This document shows positions 29,932-39,199 of a DNA stretch of 64,000 nucleotides, piece by piece (the stretch's first letter is position 1; each line of letters starts with the position of its first letter). Source of the stretch: Bacteroidales bacterium UBA7569. Its GTDB lineage: Bacteria > Bacteroidota > Bacteroidia > Bacteroidales > Paludibacteraceae. A program made the translations under genes and the position numbers. The DNA lies in assembly GCA_002477945.1 (NCBI GenBank), contig DLLF01000033.1, positions 45,316-109,315 on the forward strand, read 5' to 3'. The notes beneath the pieces were generated by a model. That model was not told the DNA's origin, did no database searches, and saw nothing but the letters and a program-made list of their open reading frames with translations.

Positions 29932-31680
29932 ATGATCCAATGGAGGGAGGAACACATCCAGGAGCGGCATTTCATATTGTTGCTCAGTTTCTTTGTGGGC
30001 TTTTTCTCCTCTGTTGCGGCACTTGTCCTCAAAACACTGATACATTTCTTCCAGCATCTCATTGAGAGTAACATTATTGCTACGGGGCATACCTTCTGGT
30101 ATCTTGTGTGTCCTACAATTGGTATTGCACTCTCCGCAGTCTTTGTTAAGTATGTCGTGCGTGATGATATTTCACATGGTATTACCAAGATCCTGTATGC
30201 CATTTCTCAACGTAAATCCATCATCAAGCCGCACAATATGTGGAGTAGTATTGTCGGAAGTTCCATTACAATCGGTTTTGGTGGTTCTGTGGGTGCCGAG
30301 GCGCCTATTGTCCTTACGGGTGCTGCTATTGGTTCCAATCTCGCCAAGTTCTTCAGGCTCGATCAGAAAACGATGATGCTGATGATTGCCTGCGGTGCAG
30401 CCGGTGCTATAGGGGGTATCTTCAAGGCTCCGATAGCAGGTCTTGTCTTCACATTGGAAGTCTTGATGATTGATCTTACCATGGCATCCGTCTCTCCTCT
30501 CATCATTGCCAGTACAACGGCTACGGCATTCACTTATATCTTCTCGGGGATGGAACCGATGTTTCCTTTGACTGTTATTGAGCCTTTTGCGGTAGAACGT
30601 ATTCCTTTCTTCCTCTTGTTGGGTGTTGTTTGTGGTCTGGTTTCTCTCTATTTTACAAGAGGTATGAACTATTTGGAGGGTAAGTTTAAGGATGTTCATC
30701 AGACCTACCTGAAAGTCATCCTCGGTGGATGTACATTAGGCCTGCTGGTCTTTCTTTTTCCGCCTCTCTATGGAGAAGGATATGACACTATAACCGAACT
30801 TATCAACGGACAATATGCGGAAACTGTTTTACAGAGTCCCTTTGAGTCCGTCGGTAAATACGAATGGGGATTGCTGTGTTATCTTGCTTTCATCATCCTC
30901 TTCAAGATAGTGGCATCCGTGGCAACCAATGGTGGTGGCGGTGTGGGAGGTATCTTTGCACCTTCTCTCTTTATTGGGAGTATTACAGGTTTTATTGTGG
31001 CACATCTTCTCAATATGTCAGGGATGAATGTGTCTGAGGCTAACTTTGCCTTGGCAGGTATGGCTGGTCTTATGTCCGGAGTCATGCATGCCCCTCTCAC
31101 AGGTATATTCCTTATTGCCGAACTCACAGGTGGCTACCATTTGCTCATGCCTCTGATGATTGTCTCTGTTTTGTCTTATCTTACGATAATGCTCTTTGAA
31201 CCGCATTCCCTTTATGCCATGCGTTTGGCGCAAAAGGGTGAATTGCTCACTCATAACAAAGACCGATCAGTACTTACATTGCTGAAAATGGACGTGGTCT
31301 TGGAGACTGATTTCACAGTGTTGCCGCCAGATATGAACTTGGGAGGGTTGGTTAAGGTCATATCTCAAAGCAGCAGAAATACGTTCCCCGTTGTTAATTC
31401 CGAAGGAAAACTGATGGGTGTCCTTTTGTTGGACGAAGTACGTAATATCATGTTCCAACCGCGCTTGTACAAGCGTTTTACGGTCGGACAACTTATGACA
31501 TCCCCTCCTGCAGTTTTGGAATATGGTATGCCTATGGAGAAAGTGATGGAGGTCTTTGAAGATACAGGGGCATGGAATCTCCCTGTAGTGGATTCCGAGA
31601 AGCATTATATGGGCTTTGTCAGCAAATCTAAGATATTCAACTCTTATCGGCACGTACTTGTGCATTTCTCCGATGAATAA
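29932..31680 (+). CDS. ClC-family chloride channel/antiporter with C-terminal CBS pair
   Basis: Multi-TM protein with GGSVGAEAP and GGIFAPSLFIG motifs, followed by two CBS-like repeats. ATG 29932 avoids overlap with the upstream gene. Confidence 0.82.
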   Translation: MIQWREEHIQERHFILLLSFFVGFFSSVAALVLKTLIHFFQHLIESNIIATGHTFWYLVCPTIGIALSAVFVKYVVRDDISHGITKILYAISQRKSIIKPHNMWSSIVGSSITIGFGGSVGAEAPIVLTGAAIGSNLAKFFRLDQKTMMLMIACGAAGAIGGIFKAPIAGLVFTLEVLMIDLTMASVSPLIIASTTATAFTYIFSGMEPMFPLTVIEPFAVERIPFFLLLGVVCGLVSLYFTRGMNYLEGKFKDVHQTYLKVILGGCTLGLLVFLFPPLYGEGYDTITELINGQYAETVLQSPFESVGKYEWGLLCYLAFIILFKIVASVATNGGGGVGGIFAPSLFIGSITGFIVAHLLNMSGMNVSEANFALAGMAGLMSGVMHAPLTGIFLIAELTGGYHLLMPLMIVSVLSYLTIMLFEPHSLYAMRLAQKGELLTHNKDRSVLTLLKMDVVLETDFTVLPPDMNLGGLVKVISQSSRNTFPVVNSEGKLMGVLLLDEVRNIMFQPRLYKRFTVGQLMTSPPAVLEYGMPMEKVMEVFEDTGAWNLPVVDSEKHYMGFVSKSKIFNSYRHVLVHFSDE

Positions 31681-31755
31681 ATGCTTTGTTGTACTTGCTG
31701 TTATGTGCCTTGCTGGCGATTTCTTTTTCTGATTAACCATTTATAATAATTGAAT

Positions 31756-33663
31756 ATGGAAACAAATAGAATTACTATCATTGACTTTGTGGAGCGTTAT
31801 ACGCACCAATTCTCCGAACACACATTCCTTAGGGAGAAAGTGAATGGAAAATGGACGGAAACTACTTTCGCACAAACTCGCGAACAGGCCTATTGCATAG
31901 GTGCAGGTCTTATGGCGTTGGGATTGCAAAAAGGCGATCGCGTGGCGTTGTTGTCAGAAGGAAGGAATATGTGGGTAATCGGCGAATTGGGTATTTTGTA
32001 TGCAGGAGGTGTCAATGTGCCATTAAGTATAAAGTTGGAGGAGAGTAACGACCTCCTGTTTCGTTTGCAACATTCAGATGCGCGGTTCCTTTTTGTCTCG
32101 GCAGGGCAGTTGCCGAAGATCCGGCGTATTGTCAACGAACTGCCTGAATTGGAAAAAATCATAGTGTTGGATCCTGTTGAATTGAAGGATAAAGAATTGA
32201 GTCTGCAATCTTTGCAACAAATGGGCAATGATTTCCTTAAAGAGCATGGCGATTTGTTCAAAGAGCGTTATCAAAGCGTGCAGCCCGATGATTATGCCAA
32301 TATCAGTTATACTTCCGGAACTACTGCCGATCCGAAAGGTATTTTGCTCACACATAGAAACTATACGGCAAACGTGGAGCAGGCGCATTCCGTCATCAGT
32401 ATCGATGTGGATGATGTCATGCTGATAATTCTTCCTCTGGATCATTGTTTTGCTCATGTGGCTGGATTCTATACAATGATGTCCTATGGCGGAAGTATTG
32501 CAACCGTACCTGTCGGAAAGACCGCCTTGGCTACTTTGAAGAATATACCTGTCGCCATTCAGGAAATCAAACCGATGGTTATGCTTTCCGTTCCGGCATT
32601 GGCTCGCAATTTCAAAAAGAATATCGAAACAGGCATACAGAAGAAAGGGGCGAAAGTGGAGAAACTCTACAATTTTGCACTCAATATGGCGATTTCTTAC
32701 AATAGGGAATACTACAACCGTGGCGGTTTTTGCCAAGCATGGAAACGGCCTTTCATGGCATTGTTCGACAAACTTGTTTTCAAGCAGGTCCGACAAGGAC
32801 TCGGCGGTCGTATGAAGTTCTTTGTCGGAGGCGGTGCCTTGCTTGACATTGAGTTGCAACGCTATTTCAATGCCATTGGAATACCCATGTTCCAAGGCTA
32901 CGGACTTTCAGAGGCAACGCCTATAATATGTGCAAATGCACCCGGTCATTGCATTTTTGGTTCATCTGGTCGTGTGGTGAAGCCGCTGGATATAAAAATA
33001 TGTGATTCTGAAGGAAAAGAAGTCGCTCCCGGAGAGAAGGGAGAAATCGTTATTAGGGGCGAAAATGTGATGGCTGGCTATTGGAAAAACCCAACCGCTA
33101 CGGCCGCTACGGTTGTCGATGGTTGGCTGCACACGGGAGATATGGGCTATATTACGGCTGAACATCCCGATTATCTCTATGTGACGGGCCGCTTCAAATC
33201 GCTGCTTATCTCTTCAGATGGAGAAAAGTATAGCCCGGAAGGCTTCGAAGATTCTCTTACCGATGGATCAAAATACATTGAGCAAGTGATTCTTCACAAC
33301 AACCAGGATCCCTACACGATTGTTCTTATTGTGCCAAATAAGGAGGCTCTGAAAGCCTATGTTAAGAGTGCAGGAAAAGATGCGGCTGAAGAGGAGGGAA
33401 AACGACTTATGTTGCAGAAAATCCAGGATGAAGTCGATGCTTACCGGCGTGGCGGTGTTCACGAAGGTATGTTCCCCGAACGATGGTTGCCCGCGGCGGT
33501 TGTTGTGTTGCCCGAACCTTTCACAGAGCAGAATCACATGGTCAATAGTACTATGAAGATTGTGCGGGGCAAGGTGGAAAACTTCTATCAAGATAGGATT
33601 GACTATGCTTATACTCCCGAAGGAAAAGCACTGTTTAATAAGAAAAATATAGAGTCTGTCTAA
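31756..33663 (+). CDS. long-chain fatty acid--CoA ligase (AMP-binding enzyme)
   Basis: About 635 aa. AMP-binding signature YTSGTTADPKGILLTHRN, plus GYGLSEA and GWLHTGDMG motifs. Confidence 0.85.
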   Translation: METNRITIIDFVERYTHQFSEHTFLREKVNGKWTETTFAQTREQAYCIGAGLMALGLQKGDRVALLSEGRNMWVIGELGILYAGGVNVPLSIKLEESNDLLFRLQHSDARFLFVSAGQLPKIRRIVNELPELEKIIVLDPVELKDKELSLQSLQQMGNDFLKEHGDLFKERYQSVQPDDYANISYTSGTTADPKGILLTHRNYTANVEQAHSVISIDVDDVMLIILPLDHCFAHVAGFYTMMSYGGSIATVPVGKTALATLKNIPVAIQEIKPMVMLSVPALARNFKKNIETGIQKKGAKVEKLYNFALNMAISYNREYYNRGGFCQAWKRPFMALFDKLVFKQVRQGLGGRMKFFVGGGALLDIELQRYFNAIGIPMFQGYGLSEATPIICANAPGHCIFGSSGRVVKPLDIKICDSEGKEVAPGEKGEIVIRGENVMAGYWKNPTATAATVVDGWLHTGDMGYITAEHPDYLYVTGRFKSLLISSDGEKYSPEGFEDSLTDGSKYIEQVILHNNQDPYTIVLIVPNKEALKAYVKSAGKDAAEEEGKRLMLQKIQDEVDAYRRGGVHEGMFPERWLPAAVVVLPEPFTEQNHMVNSTMKIVRGKVENFYQDRIDYAYTPEGKALFNKKNIESV

Positions 33664-33688
33664 TATCAGGTGATATTTCAACTAACTA

Positions 33689-33735
33689 AGAACCTTCCTC
33701 TATCCGTATGGAGATAGAGGAGGTTCTTGTGTATT
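33689..33735 (+). terminator. intrinsic terminator of the acyl-CoA ligase gene
   Basis: Stem aagaaccttcctctatc/gatagaggaggttctt with a 1-nt bulge, then gtgtatt. Confidence 0.7.
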
Positions 33736-33907
33736 AAAAGGATAGTCTCAATCTGTTTGCTCTGTTGGGAAGTATTTCTTTGTATTCGGCTGTGGGTAAA
33801 AGTGTGATGGGCGGAGATATTTTCGTGATGGAACAAAACGGCTGTTACAGGTTAATTCCCGTTAGGCATTTCTCGTATGCTTTTTTATGAATCAGGAGCA
33901 ACAAACC

Positions 33908-33962
33908 TACGACCCCTCATCGGAACCTCAAGCACACCTGAACGAGAGACTAAGCGGGGGAA
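33908..33962 (+). repeat. 11-bp periodic array, copy 5
   Basis: Units: tacgacccctc|atcggaacctc|aagcacacctg|aacgagagact|aagcgggggaa. Lies in the convergent gap between the acyl-CoA ligase and lipoprotein genes. Confidence 0.82.
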
Positions 33963-34097
33963 ACATTTCTTTGGTAAGGATACAATGAACGCAATCTCTT
34001 GAACTTTTCAGTTTTTTCAATCACAAATCAACCTGTAAACTAATTGGAAGGTCAATCACGGAAGTCGTTGTGTAGAATGGTATTGCTAATTCTGGTT

Positions 34098-34136
34098 TAA
34101 TACAAAGGGGGCATCGTTCTTTCGAGCGATGCCCCC
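34098..34136 (-). terminator. GC-rich hairpin terminator of the Cys-rich lipoprotein gene (possibly bidirectional)
   Basis: gggggcatcg...cgatgccccc with inner pairs. The minus-strand reading is followed by tttgtatt. Confidence 0.7.
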
Positions 34137-34154
34137 TTGTTCAAAGTGGTGAAG

Positions 34155-34385
34155 TTATTCTGCAACAACTTCCTCTGCAGCCTCAGCAACTACGCTGTCA
34201 ACAGCGGCAGTGTCTTCTGCAACTGGTTCAACCTCAGCAACACAACTGTCTGCCTTGGCAGCGCAACTGTCTGCTTTCTCACAGCACTCTTTGTTCTCGC
34301 AGCAAGCACCTTCAGCCTTCTCTGCTTTCTTGCAGCAACCCATTGCTAAGCAAGCGATTGCAGCCACAAATAAAATCTTTTTCAT
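34155..34385 (-). CDS. small Cys-rich acidic putative lipoprotein (function unknown)
   Basis: 76 aa with a signal peptide ending LAMGC. The mature part has 8 Cys including three CC pairs (CCKKAEKAEGACCENKECCEKADSCAAKADSC), then an acidic Ala/Val/Glu tail. Has its own TTTG/TAnnTTTG promoter and a terminator. Confidence 0.6.
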   Translation of the reverse strand: MKKILFVAAIACLAMGCCKKAEKAEGACCENKECCEKADSCAAKADSCVAEVEPVAEDTAAVDSVVAEAAEEVVAE

Positions 34386-34419
34386 CTTAGTATTAATACA
34401 ATGATTAAAAATAACGCCG

Positions 34420-34450
34420 CAAAAGTACTGCCTTTTTCTGAATATACAAA
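34420..34450 (-). promoter_or_regulatory. -33 TTTG / -7 TACTTTTG promoter (Cys-rich lipoprotein)
   Basis: Minus strand: TACTTTTG at 34427-20 and TTTG at 34450-47 with a 19-nt spacer. ATG at 34385. Confidence 0.5.
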
Positions 34451-34490
34451 GGATGCTGACTTTTTTTACTGATTTTTCGCCGAATTATCT

Positions 34491-35813
34491 TCATTTTTTC
34501 TTGCCTCGACGGTAATTCGTCTGTAAATGCCGTTTCTTTAGAATTCTGAAAACCACAAAAACTGCAATACCGCCTAACACTACCAAAATAAAGAGTACTT
34601 TCCCCATAGAGAGATTATCACCCTTTACACGGTTCCACATACGAACCAACTCCTCGTTCATATCGCCGGCATCGTGCATTAAGGCACATTTGGACACTAC
34701 GCTCTTGTCAGGGTACATCACTTGGTTGGCATATACTTTTGTAGCACCTTCCCCAAAGAAATAACTCAAATCCACGCTTTCTTTCCATTCATTGGAATCA
34801 TTGGCCCATTCCAGAATTTCCGGAGTCCCGATAACAGATACGTAACCGATGAACTCCATATTTTTGATGGCATTCTCCGGCATACACAAATAGTTGATAA
34901 ACCATGATGCCGCTTTCGGGTTCTTTGCATAAATAGGAATACACCAACCGTCAAACCATACGTTCGAACCTTCCTGAGGCACTATGTACTCAAGCGTAAC
35001 ACCCATTTCCTTGGCTTCATCGATCGCCCACTGGGCATCACCGCTCCATGACAGATTCATCCAGGTCTTTCCTTTGGTCATCTCCTCTTTGCCAAAGTCC
35101 ACTTCCCAACCGGCTACATTCTCTTTGGCCTCAAGCAGAACTCCTTCCACGCGTGCAATACGCTCGGGGGTAATGTCTCTCACCAATTCATCGCGGGTCA
35201 CTCTTCCCGCTGCTATCTCATCCCTGTAGGCATATAGAACAATCACTGAATACACATCTCGGAAAGCATCTTTCATGTATATTTTCCCCTTGAACTTCGG
35301 ATTAAGCAATGCACCCCACGAATTCAGATCTTCGCGTTCCACCCATTGGGGGTTATATATGAAACCCGTCGTTCCCCACATATAACCTGTCGCGTAATCC
35401 GATACGGTCTTTGTCGAACTCATCTGTTGGAATTTGTCCACCACAAACGGGGCGACATTGTTGAAGTACTGCAACGAATCCGGAATGATTTCCTTTTGTA
35501 TCTTTTGCAGCAAGTTCAGTTTGAGCATTCGCTCTATGATGTACTCCGAGGGACAGATAACATCATAATCTTCGTGTCCCACTTCAATCTCGGTAAGCAT
35601 AGACTCGTTGATGTCGAAAGTCTGGTAGATGATTTCCACTTCTTCCCCTGTCATCTGCTTATACCAACTGGGAAATGTATTCAAAACATCTTCATCTATA
35701 TAGTCCGCCCAGTTGTACACTTTAAGAGTATGCGCTCTGTCTATGGCAGAGGCGGAAAAACAAACCGTACATGCAAATAGTACGGCAAACAACTTTTGTA
35801 AGTTCTTTTTCAT
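34491..35813 (-). CDS. potD: spermidine/putrescine ABC transporter substrate-binding protein with C-terminal TM anchor
   Basis: 440 aa with N-terminal signal peptide. PotD-like body (LKVYNWADYIDEDVL...). Last gene of the potABCD-ordered operon. C-terminal hydrophobic helix VLFILVVLGGIAVFVVF plus a basic tail. Confidence 0.8.
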   Translation of the reverse strand: MKKNLQKLFAVLFACTVCFSASAIDRAHTLKVYNWADYIDEDVLNTFPSWYKQMTGEEVEIIYQTFDINESMLTEIEVGHEDYDVICPSEYIIERMLKLNLLQKIQKEIIPDSLQYFNNVAPFVVDKFQQMSSTKTVSDYATGYMWGTTGFIYNPQWVEREDLNSWGALLNPKFKGKIYMKDAFRDVYSVIVLYAYRDEIAAGRVTRDELVRDITPERIARVEGVLLEAKENVAGWEVDFGKEEMTKGKTWMNLSWSGDAQWAIDEAKEMGVTLEYIVPQEGSNVWFDGWCIPIYAKNPKAASWFINYLCMPENAIKNMEFIGYVSVIGTPEILEWANDSNEWKESVDLSYFFGEGATKVYANQVMYPDKSVVSKCALMHDAGDMNEELVRMWNRVKGDNLSMGKVLFILVVLGGIAVFVVFRILKKRHLQTNYRRGKKK

Positions 35814-35825
35814 TATTATATACTG

Positions 35826-36668
35826 TTATTTTTTGGTTTCTTTGGCTTGTTTGTCTGCCCTCCAGTTGACAATGATGAGCAGGGCAAGCATTGTAATAAA
35901 GATCAGCGAAAACAGAGGTCTGAGTTCGGGTGTCAGTCCGCCTTTGCGGGCGTCGGCATAGATAAAAGTGGAGAGCGTATTCAGTCCGCCGCTTCCCTTG
36001 GTAAAGAATGTTACGCCGAAATCATCTATGGAAAGAGTGATGGAGAGTATAAACCCGCTTATCATACCCTGCCACAATTCCGGAATGAGAATTTTCCGCA
36101 ACGCTTGAAACGGGGTCGCTCCCAAATCAAGTGCCGCCTCATAAAGATTGGGATTCATCTTGGTTAGTCGTGGCATGACTGACAAAACAACATAGGGAGT
36201 ACAAAACACCACGTGAGCGATTATTACTGTCGTCAGACCGCGACTGATACCTAAGAATACAAATAGAAGAAACAGCGATATACCGGTCAGTATATCGGGG
36301 TTGATCATGGGAATGCTGTTGATAAACTGAACGATCTTCCTGTCCCGTTGTCGCATGTTGTAGATGCCGATGGCTGCCAGTGTACCGAGCAAGGTGGCAA
36401 TGGTGGCTGAAATAAGAGCAATAATCACGGTATAAAAAATCGCATGATACAAGTTCGGATCCACATGCACTTGTGCCACACGGTCATAACCCGTGAAGAG
36501 ATTCTCATATAGAGCGAATGTAAAGCCCGTCCAGTTGCCGAATACTTTGCTTTTCGTGAACGAAAATACAATGATCAGTACAATCGGTGCATACAGAACC
36601 AACAGTATCAACCAAAGGTAAGTCTGCGAGAGAAAGCGGGACCATGAGAATGTGCCGGTCTTTTTCAT
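35826..36668 (-). CDS. potC: spermidine/putrescine ABC transporter permease
   Basis: 280-aa polytopic permease with an EAA-like loop (YEAALDLGATPFQALRKILIP). 4-nt overlap with potB. Confidence 0.82.
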   Translation of the reverse strand: MKKTGTFSWSRFLSQTYLWLILLVLYAPIVLIIVFSFTKSKVFGNWTGFTFALYENLFTGYDRVAQVHVDPNLYHAIFYTVIIALISATIATLLGTLAAIGIYNMRQRDRKIVQFINSIPMINPDILTGISLFLLFVFLGISRGLTTVIIAHVVFCTPYVVLSVMPRLTKMNPNLYEAALDLGATPFQALRKILIPELWQGMISGFILSITLSIDDFGVTFFTKGSGGLNTLSTFIYADARKGGLTPELRPLFSLIFITMLALLIIVNWRADKQAKETKK

Positions 36669-37468
36669 AACAGACCTCCTTTCTGTGCATCGGTTTCCTC
36701 ATCATTGTTGCCGAAGAAACTCGTCAGGGCTATGATAACAAGCATGATGAGTGACAAGGCGGCTCCGTAATTCCACATACTCAATCCTCCCTCTCCGAAT
36801 GCGCGTTGTATGAGCGAACCGAATAAAGTAATCTTGTTCCGTGTCAGAAGTTCCGAGATGGCAAAAGTGCTAACGGTCGGCATGAAAACCATGATAACAC
36901 CGCTGTATATACCTGGCGTGGAGAGGGGAAGAACCACTTTCTGGAATATCTCCCTTCGGTTGGCTCCCAAATCCGAGGCCGCCTCAATCAGCGAACGATC
37001 CATCTTTTGAAGCGTGTTGTATATCGGATAAATCATAAAGGGAAGGAAATCATAACACATACCGAAAAGCAAAGCCCCCTCTCCTAAAGGGAGGGAAAAC
37101 ATATTAAAAAGTTCCACGGTCGCAATCGTACGTAGCAGGAAGTTTATCCACATCGGCAAAATGAAGAGCATTGCCATCACTTTGGGGGTCGAAAACTCTT
37201 CTGCGGCCATGATATAGGCTGCCGGATAACCTATTAAAAGACATATAAAGGTCGTAATCAACGCAATGGCCAATGAGTAAATGAACGTGTTAACCGCTTC
37301 GGAGGTCGAAAAAAACTGCGTGAAATTACGAAGTGTGAAGTTTCCTTGCGGATCCTGAAATGCGTAGAACAGAATCAGCAGAAGGGGTAAAATCACAAAT
37401 AGGATGAGAAACAATATATATGGCCATGCCCACGAACGGCGGCTGCCGAACAATACGGATAGTTTCAT
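36665..37468 (-). CDS. potB: spermidine/putrescine ABC transporter permease
   Basis: 267-aa polytopic permease with an EAA loop ([21 protein letters not shown]). 4-nt overlaps on both sides. Confidence 0.82.
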   Translation of the reverse strand: MKLSVLFGSRRSWAWPYILFLILFVILPLLLILFYAFQDPQGNFTLRNFTQFFSTSEAVNTFIYSLAIALITTFICLLIGYPAAYIMAAEEFSTPKVMAMLFILPMWINFLLRTIATVELFNMFSLPLGEGALLFGMCYDFLPFMIYPIYNTLQKMDRSLIEAASDLGANRREIFQKVVLPLSTPGIYSGVIMVFMPTVSTFAISELLTRNKITLFGSLIQRAFGEGGLSMWNYGAALSLIMLVIIALTSFFGNNDEETDAQKGGLL

Positions 37469-38925
37469 GCTTGTCCCTTTCTGATTTGGATGCTATTGGG
37501 AGCAATCTCTATTCCCACTCTGTCCCCGTCGTCCCAAACATCGTTGGTGTCAACATACAGGTCGTCTCCGTCGTCTGTGCGGATAGTCAAATGATAGTGA
37601 TCTCCTTTGTACAGGATGAAATGCACCTCGCCGGAAAGAGTCCCGTCTTCCTCATAGTCTTGCAGATTGATCTTGTCGAAATCTACAGCGACTTCCACCG
37701 GTTGCCCAACGTCAAACTGTCGCGCCTTTTCTTCTCCTATTTCCCATTCTGCACCCAGGAAACGTACCTTGTTATCCGCTGTAATCTCACCTTCAAAGCG
37801 GTTATGCAGACGCTCTTTCTTCATCACTTGTATGTCCTCTGGCTTTACGAGCATACCCACTTCCATTCCGGCAGGAAAGGCGTGGTAATCTTGCACCATG
37901 AATTCATAACCGTTTTCGGTGTTGATGAGCATTTCATAGTGTACGCCTTTGAAGATGCAACTCTCCACTTTGCCGTAGAAATGGGTGAAGTTTCCTTTAG
38001 GGATACGGTCGTCGGGGTCATAGTCGGCCTGCTGTTCTGCGATGGTTGTCTTGGTGGAGTTGTCCCAAATATATATGTCTTCCGGGCGGATGACAACATC
38101 TACGGGAGTGTTTTCGCCAAAACCCTCGTCAATACAGTCAAATTCCAAGTCGCAGAAACGGACACGTCTGTCACGTACCATTACGGCATTCAGGATGTTG
38201 CTTTCTCCTATGAAGTCCGCCACAAAAGCATTCTGAGGCTCATTGTACACGTCTGTGGGCACACCGATTTGCTGTATCTTCCCCTCGTTCATGACAACCA
38301 CCCTGTCCGATAGCGTTAAAGCCTCCTCTTGATCGTGAGTTACATAGATGAACGTGATGCCCAATCGCTTGTGCATCTCCTTGAGTTCTATCTGCATATC
38401 TTTGCGCATCTTCAGGTCCAAAGCGGCTAAAGGTTCGTCTAATAAGAGTACTTCGGGTTGGTTCACAATCGCTCTGGCAATGGCTACACGCTGCTGCTGA
38501 CCGCCCGATAAACTGTTTACATCGCGTGCTTCATAATCAGTCATGCCCACTGTTTTAAGGGCTGTACGGACACGTTTCGCAATAACGGCTTTGTTCAGAC
38601 GGCGAAGTTTTAAGCCGAAAGCCACATTGTCAAATACGTTGAGATGGGGAAAAAGGGCGTATTTCTGGAATACTGTATTTACCGGACGTTTGTGCGGTGG
38701 CGTTTTGGTCACGTCCTGCCCGTTCAGAAGTATATCACCGCTCGTGGCAACCTGGAAACCTGCTATGCAGCGCAGCAAGGTGGTCTTACCACAGCCCGAA
38801 GGCCCGAGAATTGTTACAAACTCGCCTTTCTCTACCGAAAGGCTTACATCGTCCAAGGCGAACTTCCCGTCCTCGAACTGTTTGGACACATGGTTCACCT
38901 CAATAATGTAATTTGGTTCTTGCAT
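37465..38925 (-). CDS. potA: spermidine/putrescine ABC transporter ATP-binding protein with extended C-terminal region
   Basis: Start at ATG 38925 ([17 protein letters not shown]). Walker [10 protein letters not shown], signature [14 protein letters not shown], Walker B LLLDEPL. About 240 aa follow the ABC core. Confidence 0.88.
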   Translation of the reverse strand: MQEPNYIIEVNHVSKQFEDGKFALDDVSLSVEKGEFVTILGPSGCGKTTLLRCIAGFQVATSGDILLNGQDVTKTPPHKRPVNTVFQKYALFPHLNVFDNVAFGLKLRRLNKAVIAKRVRTALKTVGMTDYEARDVNSLSGGQQQRVAIARAIVNQPEVLLLDEPLAALDLKMRKDMQIELKEMHKRLGITFIYVTHDQEEALTLSDRVVVMNEGKIQQIGVPTDVYNEPQNAFVADFIGESNILNAVMVRDRRVRFCDLEFDCIDEGFGENTPVDVVIRPEDIYIWDNSTKTTIAEQQADYDPDDRIPKGNFTHFYGKVESCIFKGVHYEMLINTENGYEFMVQDYHAFPAGMEVGMLVKPEDIQVMKKERLHNRFEGEITADNKVRFLGAEWEIGEEKARQFDVGQPVEVAVDFDKINLQDYEEDGTLSGEVHFILYKGDHYHLTIRTDDGDDLYVDTNDVWDDGDRVGIEIAPNSIQIRKGQA

Positions 38926-38991
38926 TATCGTTAAATCTACTATGGAACACAAAAGGTAAATCTCATAAATACGCTGTTTGTAAACGCACCG

Positions 38992-39023
38992 CAAAGGTAC
39001 AAACTGTTTTCCGTTTCTGCAAA
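38992..39023 (-). promoter_or_regulatory. -33 TTTG / -7 TACCTTTG promoter (potABCD)
   Basis: Minus strand: TACCTTTG at 38999-92 and TTTG at 39023-20 with a 20-nt spacer. ATG at 38925. Confidence 0.5.
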
Positions 39024-39199
39024 CCCCTCTTGTTCGCTCGTGTTGTCATGATCCCCGTCTTCTTCGATACGCTCCCCAATGAGTGTTGGTATATGTCTTG
39101 TCATCTTTTCTTGGTCAAAACAAATTGCCCGCATCTCCTTTCTGACATTCAGAAGAATACGCAGGCAATTCACCACAAAATATATCTGTCAAATGTTTT

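Noticed and set aside
37420-38313. 297-aa + strand ORF inside potA. Similar long antisense ORFs lie at 7729..8670, 55592..56683, 58376..59518 and 768..1454.
   Set aside because: Each lies opposite a confidently identified gene. None has family motifs, a signal or a promoter. They are typical antisense frames left open by codon bias.
38940-39176. 78-aa minus-strand ORF filling the gap between the 729-aa secreted-protein gene and potA
   Set aside because: Its 3' end runs through the predicted potABCD promoter boxes (38992-39023). It has no promoter box of its own, and the sequence has no recognisable features. It is more likely non-coding leader or promoter DNA, though a small protein cannot be formally excluded.
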